Source: Adineta vaga (Eukaryota > Animalia > Rotifera). From it: a stretch of DNA of 64,000 nucleotides. The position numbers and the translations under genes were made by a program. The notes beneath the pieces are model-generated. The model searched no databases. It was not told the origin of the DNA and worked only from the letters and a program-made list of their open reading frames with translations. This document shows, piece by piece, positions 11,365-24,748 of the stretch; position 1 is the stretch's first letter, and the number at the start of each line of letters is the position of its first letter. The stretch is from contig CP075494.1 of assembly GCA_021613535.1 (NCBI GenBank), forward strand, positions 4,030,001 to 4,094,000, in the 5' to 3' direction.

Positions 11365-14300
11365 ATGACTTCTATTGATTTTCCATATGGTAATTTTGAT
11401 GAAAAAAGTAATGATAAACAAGTTGAATTATTTTGTTTAATTTGGCTCGATTCAAATCCAAATGCTGATGAAACTCTAAATGCTGAACAAAAATTACGTT
11501 CCATTATAAATTCTGTTAAAAAATTTCAAGATGTAAAACAATGTCAAAAATACATTGAAGAATGTTCCCACAAAGATCGATTAATTCTTATTGTTAGTGG
11601 ACAATTAGGACGAGAACTTGTACCACCAATTCATCTACTTCGACAAGTCACTTCAGTCTATGTCTATTGTTATGATACAAAGAGAAATAAAGCTTGGTCT
11701 TCAGCATTTCCTAAAGTTAGCAATTCGTTTTTTTCTTCACTATATGAAAATTTCATTCGTAATTATTCTTCTATATAGGTAAAAGCTGTTCTGAATGATC
11801 TTGATGAACTTATCTCTCGAATTGGCGAAGATCATGATATTCAGAAGAAAGTTGATGAACCCTTACCAATTCATATATTTACTGCTGGTGCTGGTGCAGG
11901 TCAATCAACAATGGGTGTCAATGGACAATTTGTTTTCTCTCAAGTTCTTATCGATTGTCTGCTTCGATTGAAATCGAATGAAACAGATCAAACTGAATTG
12001 ATTGATTGTTGTCAAACAGAATATAAAGGAAATAAAATGGAACTTGAGAATCTTCGTGAATTTCAAACTAAATATACATCTGGTCAAGTTCTATCCTGGT
12101 ATACGAAAGAAACATTCTTTTATAAGACATTAAATGCTGCTTTACGTAAACAAAATATACATATGATATTTTTATTTCGAAAATTTATTTCGGATATTCA
12201 TCAAGAATTAAAAAAGTATCAATCAGAGAAAATTTTAACAGTTTATCGTGGTCAAATGATGACGAAAGAAGAATTGAAAATGTTAAAAAACAGTATGGGT
12301 CAATTGATTTCAATCAATTCATTTTTTTCGACTAGTGTAAATTATGGCAAAGCTGTTTCCTTTCTTAATTTTACACGTTCATCAGATAGTTTAGAACGAG
12401 TTTTATTTGAAATCAAAGCTGATCCAAAAATGGTCACATCAAAACCATTCGCCGATATAAGTAAACATAGTGATTATCATGGTGAAGCTGAGGTTTTATT
12501 TATGATTGGTTCGATTTTTCGTTTGGAAAGTATTGAGCGAAATGATATACATATTTGGGTGATTAAAATGAGTTTATCCAGTGATGAAGAACATGGATTA
12601 AAACAAGTTTTAGCGTATATGAAAGGACAAATTGAAAGTGGAGAAACTAATCTTCGAACATTAGGCAAAGTTTTGTGGAAAATGGGAAAATTTGATTTAG
12701 CAGAAAAATATTTTGTTCGTTTATTAAAGGAACGTGATTCAACTGATCCTTTGAATAGTATTCTATATGAAGAACTCGGCGAACTTGCAGCATTGAGAGG
12801 AGATTATGATCAGAGTATTCAATGGCATCAAAAATTTCTTCGATTAAAAAATTCCAAAGAGACTGACGAGAAAAATACAATGAATGAAACAATGAACACT
12901 ACCACTTGTAAGGATATTCAATGAAAATAGCAGGCTTTCATAGTATAGTCCTTTCTAGCTACATCGTCAACAACAACTAGTGTAAAATCCGAAAATCCAG
13001 CTGATGGTGAATCTGCAACAACAACATTGGGTGGAATAGATACTGAACAATTTAAAGAATGGCTTAAAGCTTATATCAAACAAAGTAAATAGAGGTTCGA
13101 ATGAATGTTTCCACCTTCTTCTTTTATTTGATTTAGAAGCGATAGCAGTAGCAGAACAACAAAATTCAATAATGCGACGTCATCCAAAAAGTGTCGAAAA
13201 CTTCTGTTATATTCTCGAGAAACAATGTTCAACATCCGATGATGAACAACAAACTCTACGTGGTATAATTAATTTAGGTTTTACTTTCGATGATGTCAAT
13301 TCTGAAGAATGTATAAAATTCTTTCGAGTTATTCAAAATGAACGAATAATTTTAATTCTTTCGAAGACTAGTATGGATCGTATAGCAAAACAGATTCGAA
13401 ATGAAACTTTTCTTAGTGCGATTTATGTGATCGATTCTTCGAAAGAGAATTCTTTCGATTCGAAATTATATCGAGGAACATTTTCGAATATCTCTCGACT
13501 TTGTAGGCAATTGGAAACTGATCTTCCATTGTTAACATATGAACTAACGAGTGTCTGTTCAATTCCTGCTGATTATGCGAAGATGAGTACGTTGAATTAT
13601 GTTCTCACATTGAAAGATATTCTCATAGAGACAGATGCAAAAAGAAATTTAAAAAAAGAAATGATCGAATTCTGTCGAGAGAAATATGAAGGTAATGTTG
13701 TTCAATTGAAATATATCAGTGAATTCGAGAGAAATTATCAATCCGACAATGCGATTCAATGGTATTTACGACATGAAACTTTCCTTTACAAAATGTTGAC
13801 ACGAGCACTTCGAATCTTCGATGCAGATATTCTATACAAACTTCGATATTTTATTCAACATCTTCATCGTCATCTAGAATCATCAACTGAAACGAATGCA
13901 TTGAGAGTTTATCGAACCATTCGTATTCGAAAAGGTCTTATGGAAAAGATGAAGAATTACCAAAATGGATTGTTTTCATTTAATGAATTTCTTTTCGTCG
14001 ATAAAACTCAACCGAAAACCGAACCTTCTCCTGTGAATTTGGACTCGAAATTAGTTCATTTTCGTATCGATTTAGCAGCTAATACTCCACGACATGTGAT
14101 TTCGACGAAACCCAATGAAATTCTTTTAACCTTTGGAATGGTTTTTCATTTGGAAACAATTGAAGCAATCAATGAAGAAACATACAGTGTTAAATTAACA
14201 ACTAGCGATAAAATTCACAAAGCCGGCCAACAGATATCGAAAGATTTACGTGAAGCTGTTCGTGGTCCATTTCCTTTAGTACGAATAGCGAAATTGATGT

Positions 14301-15100
14301 GGCAAAGAGATTTATATGATGATATGGAATATTTTGCTTCACTGCTAATAAATGATCGACAAACAATTGAAGATGAATCAGCAAATATGTCACTCGGAGG
14401 ACTACTTCATGCTTTAGGAGGTCATTGTTATGAAACTAAACAGTATGATAAAGGATTAGTTCATTTCCAGAATGCTTTGAAAGTTTATCTACGTGTTTTA
14501 CCAGCTGATGATATTAAATTAACACCATCGTATAATAATATTGGAAGTATCTATCATAAACAAGAATTGAATGAAAAAGCATTAGAATATCATCAAAAAG
14601 CTTATGATATACAAAAGAATTCAACACATCCTGATTTAGAATCAGTTTCTGCTTATGCAGGAAATATTGCATCCGTTCTTGGTAAACTTGGAAAATATAA
14701 AGAAGCTGTTAAATATTCTGAAATGAATCTAAAAATTCAACAGAAACTTCATCCAAACAAAGAAACTGGAGATATGGCTGCAAAATATTACAATCTTGCT
14801 GGAATGCAATATCGTGCCCAACTCTTTACCGAAGCTTTAGAAAACTATAAAAAATGTCTCGAGATTGAACTGAAATGTCATTCAGCTGAAAATCCAACCG
14901 TTGCAGTAACGTATCATAGTATAGGAACAGCATTGGATAAACTCGGACGATTTCAAGAAGCAAAAGAAGCAGTTGAGAAAGCAATTGAACGTTTACTTAG
15001 AACTAAAAAAGAAGATGATAAAGATATACAATCACATCGAGCATATATCAAACAATTAGAACAGAAACTTTGGATGAAGAATTTACTTGCTTCAACATAA
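11365..15100 (+). CDS. Tandem (receiver-like/ART/TPR)x2 protein, 1189 aa
   Basis: Exons 11365-11715, 11779-12907, 12959-13084 and 13137-15100 splice in frame (3570 nt). First ART has VYRGQ, FSTS and EAE; second ART is degenerate; C-terminal TPRs. Confidence 0.85.
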
Positions 15101-15134
15101 AATTATTTTCTTAAAAAAAACGGAAACAATTCTT

Positions 15135-17550
15135 CTATCGAATTTGAATTGAATTTGTAAGTGTTTGTCGATATTTGTCTGAAGGTAAAATAAAAATAAT
15201 AAAAAGTGATAAAGATGGTAAGAATGAAATAAAATATCCGATCAAATAGAATGTAACTGATTCACGTGCTGATTTCATACATTCTAATTGAAAAATAAGA
15301 ATAATACGAGGTAAAACTAAGATAATCACCCTCAAGAATCAATATATCAATTCGAGTAGTATTGACTTGTACGATATCTAAGTGTATTCATTTCGAAAAC
15401 ATCGATGCGAATAGAATATGTTCGATTGAGATATTTTGGTTGAGTAGAATAAAGTAAATGAAAATTAAATTTTGTATTGCAATCTCGAATTGATAAATAT
15501 CTTACTTGGTAATATGAATTGATAATTTCAGGATCATTTCAGTGATCATACCATCATCCAAACTACATATTAAATTAGTTTCTGATGTTCGTCGATCATA
15601 AAGCCAAAGAAAGCCGCAAATAGAATCGAATTTTTTTTTATCTGTACACCAAAGAGACCATTTCATTTCGTCTGATTGACATCATATTTCTCGATACGCA
15701 GACAAATCGAGATTGGATACATATTTAAGTTCTATAGAAGTAGATTATATTTACTCTTTATTGAAACCAAAAACACTATATAACTGGTAAGACTTACTCA
15801 TTTTTAAATTGTTCCTTGTCAGTAAGATTCGTTAAGCACCGACATTTATATTGCCCTTGCCGAATACTCCGGCAAGTTTGTCGTTTATCTGTTCCACCCA
15901 AACAATCTACTATTCCATCACTAATATTATCCTTAGGTAAGCATATCAACTTAGCTGTATATAATAATAAACATGGTTGTCCTATTGTAGCATTGCATAT
16001 TTCATGAAAACATTCGTTTTCATCTTCACCCTTTGAACAATTCCATATACCATTACATCTCGTATATTGATTGTTAATGAATTCTTTATATTCGATATAT
16101 CCATCGCATAATGTAGGAAAATGAGGCAGTTCTAGATTACTTTTGCAAGTTACTTCTCGTCGCTTGTATGTGTTTATGTTGTGTAAATAAGTAACTTGTT
16201 TAATTCCTGAAGTTTCATATATGCATGTTAGACGATGTTTAGAGAGACATTTCTGACTACATCGAAATTGAGTATTTTCTGAACAATAGCTTTCCTTTAT
16301 ATCCGTTGCTAAAGAACATTGCAAGTGCATACGTATTCTATAGCCTCGAAGTTTTACTAATCAAATTCTTCGAAAATCATCGTTACTCTGAGCTTCACAA
16401 AAAAGAAATGTTGATGGTTGACTTATTTTTCTAAAACGAAGTTTTGATGGAGAAATAGCACAACGTTGTTCGTTATACTAGATATAATTTGGTACAGTTA
16501 CGGATATATTTGTTCGATTCCATCCATAAAGAAAATATAGATCACTCCAACCAACGGATAATGCTGGAAATTCAAATAACGGTGGACAGTATTCAATCAT
16601 TCTTTTGGTGCAAGATATATGTGCATAAATTATATCGTCCTAAAAGTAAAACGAAAGTATATCTTTCAGATTTTCGCTCCGATTGTTATAATACAAAGTT
16701 GCTTTGTTTTTACTTACTGAAAACAATTCATGTGCATGAACAAGGCATATCATAGTTCTGCAACATTCTTCATTTATATGAGTATTGGCAGTAGGTAATA
16801 AAAGATCACGATCGATTCGTTTCGCAACTTTTTCAGATGGTTCGTTGAACTACATTGTCGATATGAGTATGAGTCAATAATTCCGTCCATCCAATGTCGT
16901 TATTTGACATCTTAACATAGAAACGATGGATTTCGCAGTCACTAAGACAAATAGTATCAGATCTTAAACTGAACCTTTTTTCATCTGATTGATCTAGGCA
17001 GTCTGGAACAGATGTTTTATCTAATAAAAAGATTTCTGGAATACATTGATCATTTGAACATCGATATTTATTCGAAGCACATTCATTTTGTTCAAGTTCT
17101 TCACAAAAATGTTCATCAACATGATTAGGCCAACAATCAGCTTTTCCATCACACACTTCACACCGTGTCATCTATAGAGAAGAAAGGAAAATTTTGATCG
17201 ATAAAGTCCTTTTCTCATGGAGTAATTTTTGTATCAACTCGATTTTCAAGAAAAGCTTGATATTTTTCAACTAAATCGAGGTGTATCGACAGAATGGCAA
17301 GATTTGTTGCTCATTTGCAGTTACTTCGATATTTCGTACATAATTTACTGTACTATAATCCAAACAATCATTATCGTACAATAAGTAATACTGTCGTCCA
17401 TTTAAATATAAATTTGACCAAAATATGAGAAAACATCTATATAATAACTTTATATCAGTATAGGGAAAACGTCGTTTTAAACGAATATTATGACTTTTTC
17501 TTTATCGTAAACCATTCTCTCATCGACCAACTAGTATCGACATATTTGAC
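15135..17550 (-). pseudogene. Decayed LDLa-repeat GPCR (GRL101-like)
   Basis: CDGKADC...DEHFC, YRCSNDQCIP...DCLDQSDE, CNGIWNCSKGEDE and DGIVDCLGGTD, plus a terminal TM6-7 fragment (LPRII...FILPSDKYR); many stops and large deletions. Confidence 0.8.
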
Positions 17551-17767
17551 ATCTTGTTTTTTTTTCTGTTATCAAAATCTACGTAAATATTATTATGCTA
17601 ATTGTCAGTTCATTAAGTATAGAGAAGATTTTCATCAGAAAAAGATCAAGTTCTCACTTCTCTATGCGTGACACTTTATATTGTCGATTAGAAAGAAAAG
17701 AGAACGTATAAATGAATCTGAAAAATTGCTCTGATCTATTCGAAAGACATTTTCTAACTTCTTTGGT

Positions 17768-18694
17768 ATGAACAATCTTAATTCATCTGACGAGTTGCAT
17801 ACTGAATTCTGGTTCATTCCTATCGATATTATTCAGATCGGTAGCTGTATTACAGTATTCATATGTACTTTAGTCTCCCTAATTATCATTGCAATTGATA
17901 AAACATGTCATACAATTCCAATGATGTTGGTTACAAATTCATATTTAGCTGCACTTGGATTTGCAATTGAAGAGTTTTGGATGCGTCTTTTTGCACTACA
18001 AAACGATCTTTATAGAATTCGGTATCAGGATCCATTATGTCAGTTTCGTGGTTACTTAATCTACAGTACATGCGTCATATTTATGAATTCATTTCTTCTT
18101 CAAGCTTTTTATCGATATATTCTTGTTGTTTATCCAACACGTTTAGTTTGGCAATCTCCAAGAACACAACTCTTACTCATTTGTCTCATATGGATAATTG
18201 GTTATATATTTCCACTTGGATTTCTATTCACTGAAAACATTACTTACAATGTATACAATCAGATTTGCGATATACCTTTTCGACTTTCGGTCGCAAGGAT
18301 TTCTGCCATACTCAGTGTCTATGGTATTCCAGTATTGTCAGTCATGTTGATTTATTATAAATTAATTCAATATGTCAAAGAAATGAGTAAACGTGTGACA
18401 TCGGCAAATGTTTTATCTCGTGCTGAACGTGAACTAAAAATGGTTCGACGTACAATTATCATCGTAATGTTTCTACTTACATTAGGTGTGCCCTATGGAA
18501 TACTTATGATTATATCATTTTTTACTATTCCACCAATTTATCATTTTCGAATTGGTTATTTATTTGTTGATTTGTCATTAGGATGTGTTATGATCGTATT
18601 ATTTCAATTTACTGATCCATTGAAATTATCAATCAAGAAAAAATTGAAATTTCAAGTAGAAACAGCCACGCCAATAGTCGCAAGGACAGATTAA
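17768..18694 (+). CDS. Orphan rhodopsin-like 7TM GPCR
   Basis: Seven TMs, LCQFRGY, QAFYRY, FTDPLK; intronless. Confidence 0.9.
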   Translation: MNNLNSSDELHTEFWFIPIDIIQIGSCITVFICTLVSLIIIAIDKTCHTIPMMLVTNSYLAALGFAIEEFWMRLFALQNDLYRIRYQDPLCQFRGYLIYSTCVIFMNSFLLQAFYRYILVVYPTRLVWQSPRTQLLLICLIWIIGYIFPLGFLFTENITYNVYNQICDIPFRLSVARISAILSVYGIPVLSVMLIYYKLIQYVKEMSKRVTSANVLSRAERELKMVRRTIIIVMFLLTLGVPYGILMIISFFTIPPIYHFRIGYLFVDLSLGCVMIVLFQFTDPLKLSIKKKLKFQVETATPIVARTD

Positions 18695-19219
18695 TGAACA
18701 CATTTCAACAATCTATTCTGGTTGAATGGATTCGAAAAACTATAATCATTAGTTATTGAAATGAATATAAAGAAAGTGAAACTATTATATAAAAAATTTT
18801 ATTTGAAAATAAACACGCATATTTAGAATTATATCCTCTGTGTACTAAACTAACCTTTAAATACGAATTATAATTATCTCTTATCTTCTAAAATGATGAC
18901 AACGACTATATCACGCTAAGAGTGAACATCCTCCACAATTTTCAAACACGCATGATGAATTAACTGTAATATCTCCATCTGTTAATCGGTTTCTATTGCA
19001 TGCTAAAATTGAAAATAGTTGCATTAAGAGAAATTCTTGATCTCTTCATTATCCATCGTCAACTGTCTAAGTAGGAGATTAGTAGCACATTGTTTTTCTT
19101 TATGCATTCGATACTATTTACGTTCCATATATATAAAATCGTGATTTATTAAACAAACTTAATAGCGAATACGAGACATGTTTTTCGAAGAAAATCTGAA
19201 TGCAAAGACTAAAAATACG

Positions 19220-20385
19220 TTATGTGTGTTTGAGTATATTCAATTGTCGAGGGTTTGTCGGTCCTCCTATCCACATATTGTCTATGTTGATATTGTCAAT
19301 AGTTTTGACAGCAGTTTTCAAGTAAAGTCCATCTTTACTGCCATAAATAGCTTCTGCATCTCTTAAAGCGCGCACAACTTTCACCAAATGAACATGTTCA
19401 ACTAAATTAGTATTTACTGTTCGGTCAATTACATAGTCCCAATTCTGTTTGCTATCATCAAGTTTATAATCATGAATCAATGTTGTATTGATTTCAGGTC
19501 GCAATTGAGCAATATAAATGACACTGATGAAATAGAAAATTTGCCAGAGAAGATGTTCGGACACTTGTTGATTATGTAAATATGGATGAATTACACGAAT
19601 TGCATTCATGGATGTGAACAGATGAAGAAGAAAGAAATCAAACTCAATTTGATCCAGTTTATGAGTAGCACCATAGAGATACACAGTCAAATCGAACAAT
19701 TCTTCAATTATTCCGTCGAGATTGTTAACATTCACAAGCCATTCATTATAATGAGACAGAACGATATCGGTCGACATTTTTACACTAGGTTCCAGATTGC
19801 CAAGCCCCGGCGCATCAAATAGCGGTAACCGATCATCGGAACGGAGATCTTGCATGATTAATAAAGCCGATTTTGAGCCAAATTTAGGCGGTTTCAGATT
19901 GTCGACAACTTTATGAAAAAAGTTATAAGACACAGCGCTTAATGTTAATGCTTCACTAGCAACTATTGGACTATTGAGTTCGAATGCATAACCAATATGA
20001 ATGAGAGGATGACCTAGACCACTGACAACACTGTTGATGATCGGTTGTGGTTGATTATCTAGTAGAAATTCAAGAAATTTCTTCTGCCAATCATTTCCGC
20101 TTGCCATCAGTTCTTGATCAAAGAAATCTTGATACGCCTTGCAGAAGCGATGATCGCCAAGTAATTGACGCCAATTGCTACGAGTAATTTCATGCGGTGA
20201 TGGTTTATAATCATTATCTTCGTCGTGCATATGTTTATATAGTTCTCTTATTTTGTCATTGCTGACGCCTAAAAAGTAGAGTGTTCCCAAATGATGAGCA
20301 GTATGAGTGTGAAATCCATGATGATCAGTTACATGATGGTTGGTATGTGTATCTGTTAATATGTGTCAATGACATCGCGATTCAT
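19220..20385 (-). CDS. Questin oxidase family (AflY/HypA-like, DUF4243) oxidoreductase; 1-nt frameshift near the 5' end
   Basis: GFHTHTAHHLGTLYFLG, GLGHPLIHIGYAFE, DFFLLHLFTS and HLVKVVRAL match the fungal-type family; the MNRDVI start (20385) is out of frame with ILTDTH near 20362. Confidence 0.8.
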
Positions 20386-20799
20386 CGTTGATAAATGAAT
20401 AGTACAAAGTAGAAATGATGGAGTACAACTTTTACGATCAATATATAAGGGTAGAAATTTTTGCATCATCATTGCTGACTTGACTTTTTTTTCTTTCTTT
20501 CCTCTGATTGTTTTCATCCGAAGTAATGCTGATGGCAGCATTTTGATCATGAATAACATAAAAACACTCTATTTGATTATTATTTTCTGTTTGTACATGT
20601 CATCGAGTGATCATTGGATTCCTGATGAACTAATCAAAATTGTCATGTGGACAATCAAGCGCGTACCATAATTAAATTTAATCTTTCGTTCAGTATTGTC
20701 TTTCTTATGTTTACATTGATGACAAGTCTTAAATAAATCATTAGTCTACTATCACATTCTCAAAGATATATGACAGAAAACTAAGATAGAAACCTAAGA

Positions 20800-23037
20800 T
20801 TATTTAACAGAATATTTAACAAGTGCTTGATAATTGGAGTCTTCTTCATATTTAGCATAGATAGTTATTTCTTTGGAACCAACAGTTACGGTTCTTTTAA
20901 AATCTGGATTTTGATATCCTTCCACTTTGGCCCACTTTGAATCTATGGTCAAATTAACATCTGTCACATCTGGAATCATACAATGAATTGGAATTGTTGT
21001 ACCTTTTTTAAGAATCCCATTTATAGGTTCATAAATTCGACCTCATGGTTTCAAATGTAGAGTATATAGTAGGAAACTTCATTGGTTGTTTTAGTTGTGT
21101 GACATTGAGATTAAATATCACAACACATTCAGATTTAGATTCACTGTGCTGTGTTGCAAAAACTATTAGTTCATGCTGACCAATACGCTGCGGTGCAAAT
21201 AATAATTGCCATATTTTTCTATCATTATCAAATTGAACTAATGATGCATTCTCCACATTAGTATCATTATAATGTAATGCACATGAAAGTTGTACTTGTT
21301 CATCAGGTGCTCGTATTAAACACTCCACATATGACGCATCTTTTGGCCATGTTATGCTTGCACAATTCTTCGGTGTTTCTATTTCTAAATTAAGATCATG
21401 AAATAATTGCCAAGTACTTGGGAACGATAAAGGTGTAGTTGGAATTTGTGAAGCTTCAATTTTAAATGATATTACGTGTGAAGAACTACCATCGGCTGCT
21501 TTCTTTTTTCCAAAAATATTTGCTTTAAATATGCCATCTCGATCGGGCGCGAATTTGCATTGCCACAGATCATTTTGTTGATCATAATAAACTTGCTTTC
21601 CACCTTCAACATTTTTCCCATCGCTGTTCGTAAAACTACTAGTTAACTTCACATCAGTAGGTGCGCGAAGAACAATGCATGCTTGAGTATCTCCATTGCA
21701 TACTTTCACCAAGTGAGTATTGACTGGTGAAATCACTTTTAAATTTAAATTGTAGAACTCTTTCATTGTTATAGGATAACTCACACGATTCAATGGTAAT
21801 TCAACAATATTTAATGTAAATTCGACCACAGCCTCTGCTGATTTCATGTCTCGCTCGTTTATATTTGCAAAAAATGTTATCGTATGATTACCAATATTAG
21901 CTGGAGCAAAATAACAACGATGCAATTGTTCTATTTCATCGAATACAATACGGCCACCGCCATCGACCTCATTTCCATTTAACTCAAAAGTGGCAGTCAG
22001 ATCAACATCGGCTGGTGCTCGTATAAGTATCAGTGCATAAGACTTGTCACGAACAAGTGTTACATGAGCTTGATGCCGTGGGCTGATTATTTCTAAATTA
22101 AATTCGAAAAAAGCTGAATGAGTTCTTGGCATTTGGAAATATTGTGTCATTTGAATTGGTTGACGTAATAATTGCCATTTATCATTTTCAGGCAAATGAT
22201 CATAGATCATTTGATTAGGACGAGTAAGAAAATAGAAACAATTTAATTTTCGATTAAAAATATTTTGTTGATTTAAATGTCCAGTACCCCATGTAACATC
22301 TAAGAGATACCAATGTTGATTAATTTCAATGACATTCCATGCATGATCTGTCTTTAAAGCGGCAGTTTCTTCACGAGTAGCAAAACCGTAACCTTTTGCA
22401 TATCCACTTAGTTCTTCACATTTTATAGCCAATTGATCACATAAAGATTTATATAGATGACTGTAACCAGCACACACACCTTTTTTCGTACGAAAAACAG
22501 ATTCTGCCGATTGTTCTGGAATATTATGGTTAAGAAATGAAACAGCATCATATTCAATATTACACGCAATCCAATAGAAAATCATCCAGTGACGATCAAC
22601 TAATAGTTTATCTTTTGATAGAACACGAATAAATTCAACTAATTGTTGAAGAGAATTTGGATGCCATGCTTCTATAGTTTTACGATACGTGGAATTATCC
22701 ATCGCATCTTGCCGTTGTTTTAAGAACAAATTATTATAAGCTTCAAGATCAGCATCGATAATTTCCACATGATTAGTACCGGCTGCGAGAAGTGCATCTG
22801 ATGTATCACTTTGATTATCTATATAAAGTAAAAAATTATCCTGTCAAAGATACAAAGTACCTCTATCAGAATATTACCTTCAGCTGTCGAACGATTTGTC
22901 ACCTTATTCGTTGTATTATGTATGGCACTCTGTTCATTATTGATAAAAGCTGGTGATTCGGTATGTACTGAATGATGTGAAGTTTTCCTAGGTGAAACGA
23001 CTTTTTGAGAGGTTGATTTCGAACTTCCGCATCCCAT
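20800..23037 (-). CDS. Kyphoscoliosis peptidase/Hillarin-like transglutaminase-fold protein with Ig-like repeats; frameshift near 21040
   Basis: MGCGSS acylation motif; intron 22877-22819; triad GVCAGY, DHAWN, LLDVTWG; repeats of ...FAP...G.H.I..FA. The last module (RIYEPINGIL...KYSVK*) continues in another frame to 20800. Confidence 0.85.
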
Positions 23038-23460
23038 GACTTGTTTGTATTTGAGAACTTTTAAAAATGAATATTTCTCATCTCAATCAGTTTGTATATA
23101 AGTGCGAGAAGTTTTCATGGAGAGAAAAAAAACAACTAAGGAAGTCATTTTTTCGTTCTATCTTTGTCAAGAGAAGCTATATTAATGCTGACGATATGTT
23201 TTTAAAAATGCAAACCATCTCATGTTGTAACTAAGCGATAAGTAGAGAACGGAAGAGAAACTTTCCAACATTATTTTCATTGCCTAGTAACGTTATATAC
23301 AAAGTAGAAATCATAGTGAATGCATTTCTTTTCTATTATAAAATGTGTCTAACAAGGTTTTTATTAATAAAGTTATTATGAGTTAAGAAGCTATGAAGTA
23401 TGTAACTTTGAGAGTATCAATGACGATTTATCTTTTGCTAACGTTATTCACAGCCACGTC

Positions 23461-24748
23461 TTAATTGCCTATTTTTTCGCCGCCAGTGATAAGGATTTTG
23501 CCGGAATGGAGTAGAGTTGCCGTATGTGATGCACGTTTTATCGACAGTTTTCCAGAAGACTTCCATATACTCGTTAATGGATCATAAATTTCAGAAGTAT
23601 CCAAATAACCGGTACCTCCATAACCAGCAGTAGAAAGAATTTTACCTGAACTAAGCAGCGTTGTAGTATGCGAAGAACGTGAAGTTGTCATGCTATTTGT
23701 ATGATTCCATTTTCCTGTTGTTGGATCATAAATTTCACAACTAGACAAAAAATTAGTATCACCGACACCTCCGCTTACAAGAACTTGACCAGAAGGAAGC
23801 AGAATTGAAGAATGAAATCGACGTGCTATTGCTAAACTTGCAAGTGGATTCCATTCATTTGTTGTTGGATCATATACTTCTGTACTAGCCGAATACTTAG
23901 CTGATTGAATTCCACCAGTAACAAGAACCTGTCCTGAGCTGAGCAGAGTTGCATCAGAATAATAACGTGGTATGGGGCCCATGCTCGCGAGAGAGTTCCA
24001 TTGTCCCGTTAATGGATCATATACTTCAGAACGAGATGCATCACTAGTGACCAGAACTTTGCCTGACTTGAGCAAAGTTGCAGAATGACTAGATCGTGCT
24101 ATTGTCATATTTCCAGTAAGACTCCACTTATCTGTTATTGGATCATATATTTCACAACTAGTTAGAGTATTCAAACCAAAGGTAGTACCACCCGTAACAA
24201 GCACTTTACCAGAATTAAGTAAAGTTAAAGTATGGAAAGCACGTGATGTATGCATGCTTTCAGCAGTGGACCATTGACCGGTGGATGGATCATATATTTC
24301 ACAGTGAGTCATGTAACCAGTATTTGTTTCGCCACCAGCAACAAGGACTTTACCTGAATTGAGTATAGTTGCAGCATGAGCTTCTCGTGTTTCTGCCATG
24401 CTTCCAGTAACATTCCATGCATCCAGCGATGGATCATAGATTTCAGAAATGGCAATAGCATTGGCTGATTTGTAGCCACTGACAACTTTGCGTAAACTGA
24501 ATTGTGTTGCAGCATGAACATGACTATTCGATCGTCCTTAATAAAAGAAAAACATATTTCCCTATCTACGGAGTCAATATACATACATACCTGATTCCAC
24601 TTCATTGCAAGTACTATAAAACACGATAAATTTCAAATTTTTAGAAAAAAATATATGATAATTAATAAAAGCAGGTTTCTTTTTGGTGTATAGGTACTTA
24701 CATGCAAAATAATATAAAAAGCGAAAGAAGATAATATATTACCATCAT
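23461..24748 (-). CDS. Secreted Kelch-repeat beta-propeller (bacterial-type Kelch), 381 aa
   Basis: Exons 24748-24702, 24613-24591 and 24536-23461 are in frame; signal peptide MMVIYYLLSLFILFC; about 7 repeats of R..HTATLL.SGKVLV.GG....SCEIYDP.T..W. Confidence 0.85.
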
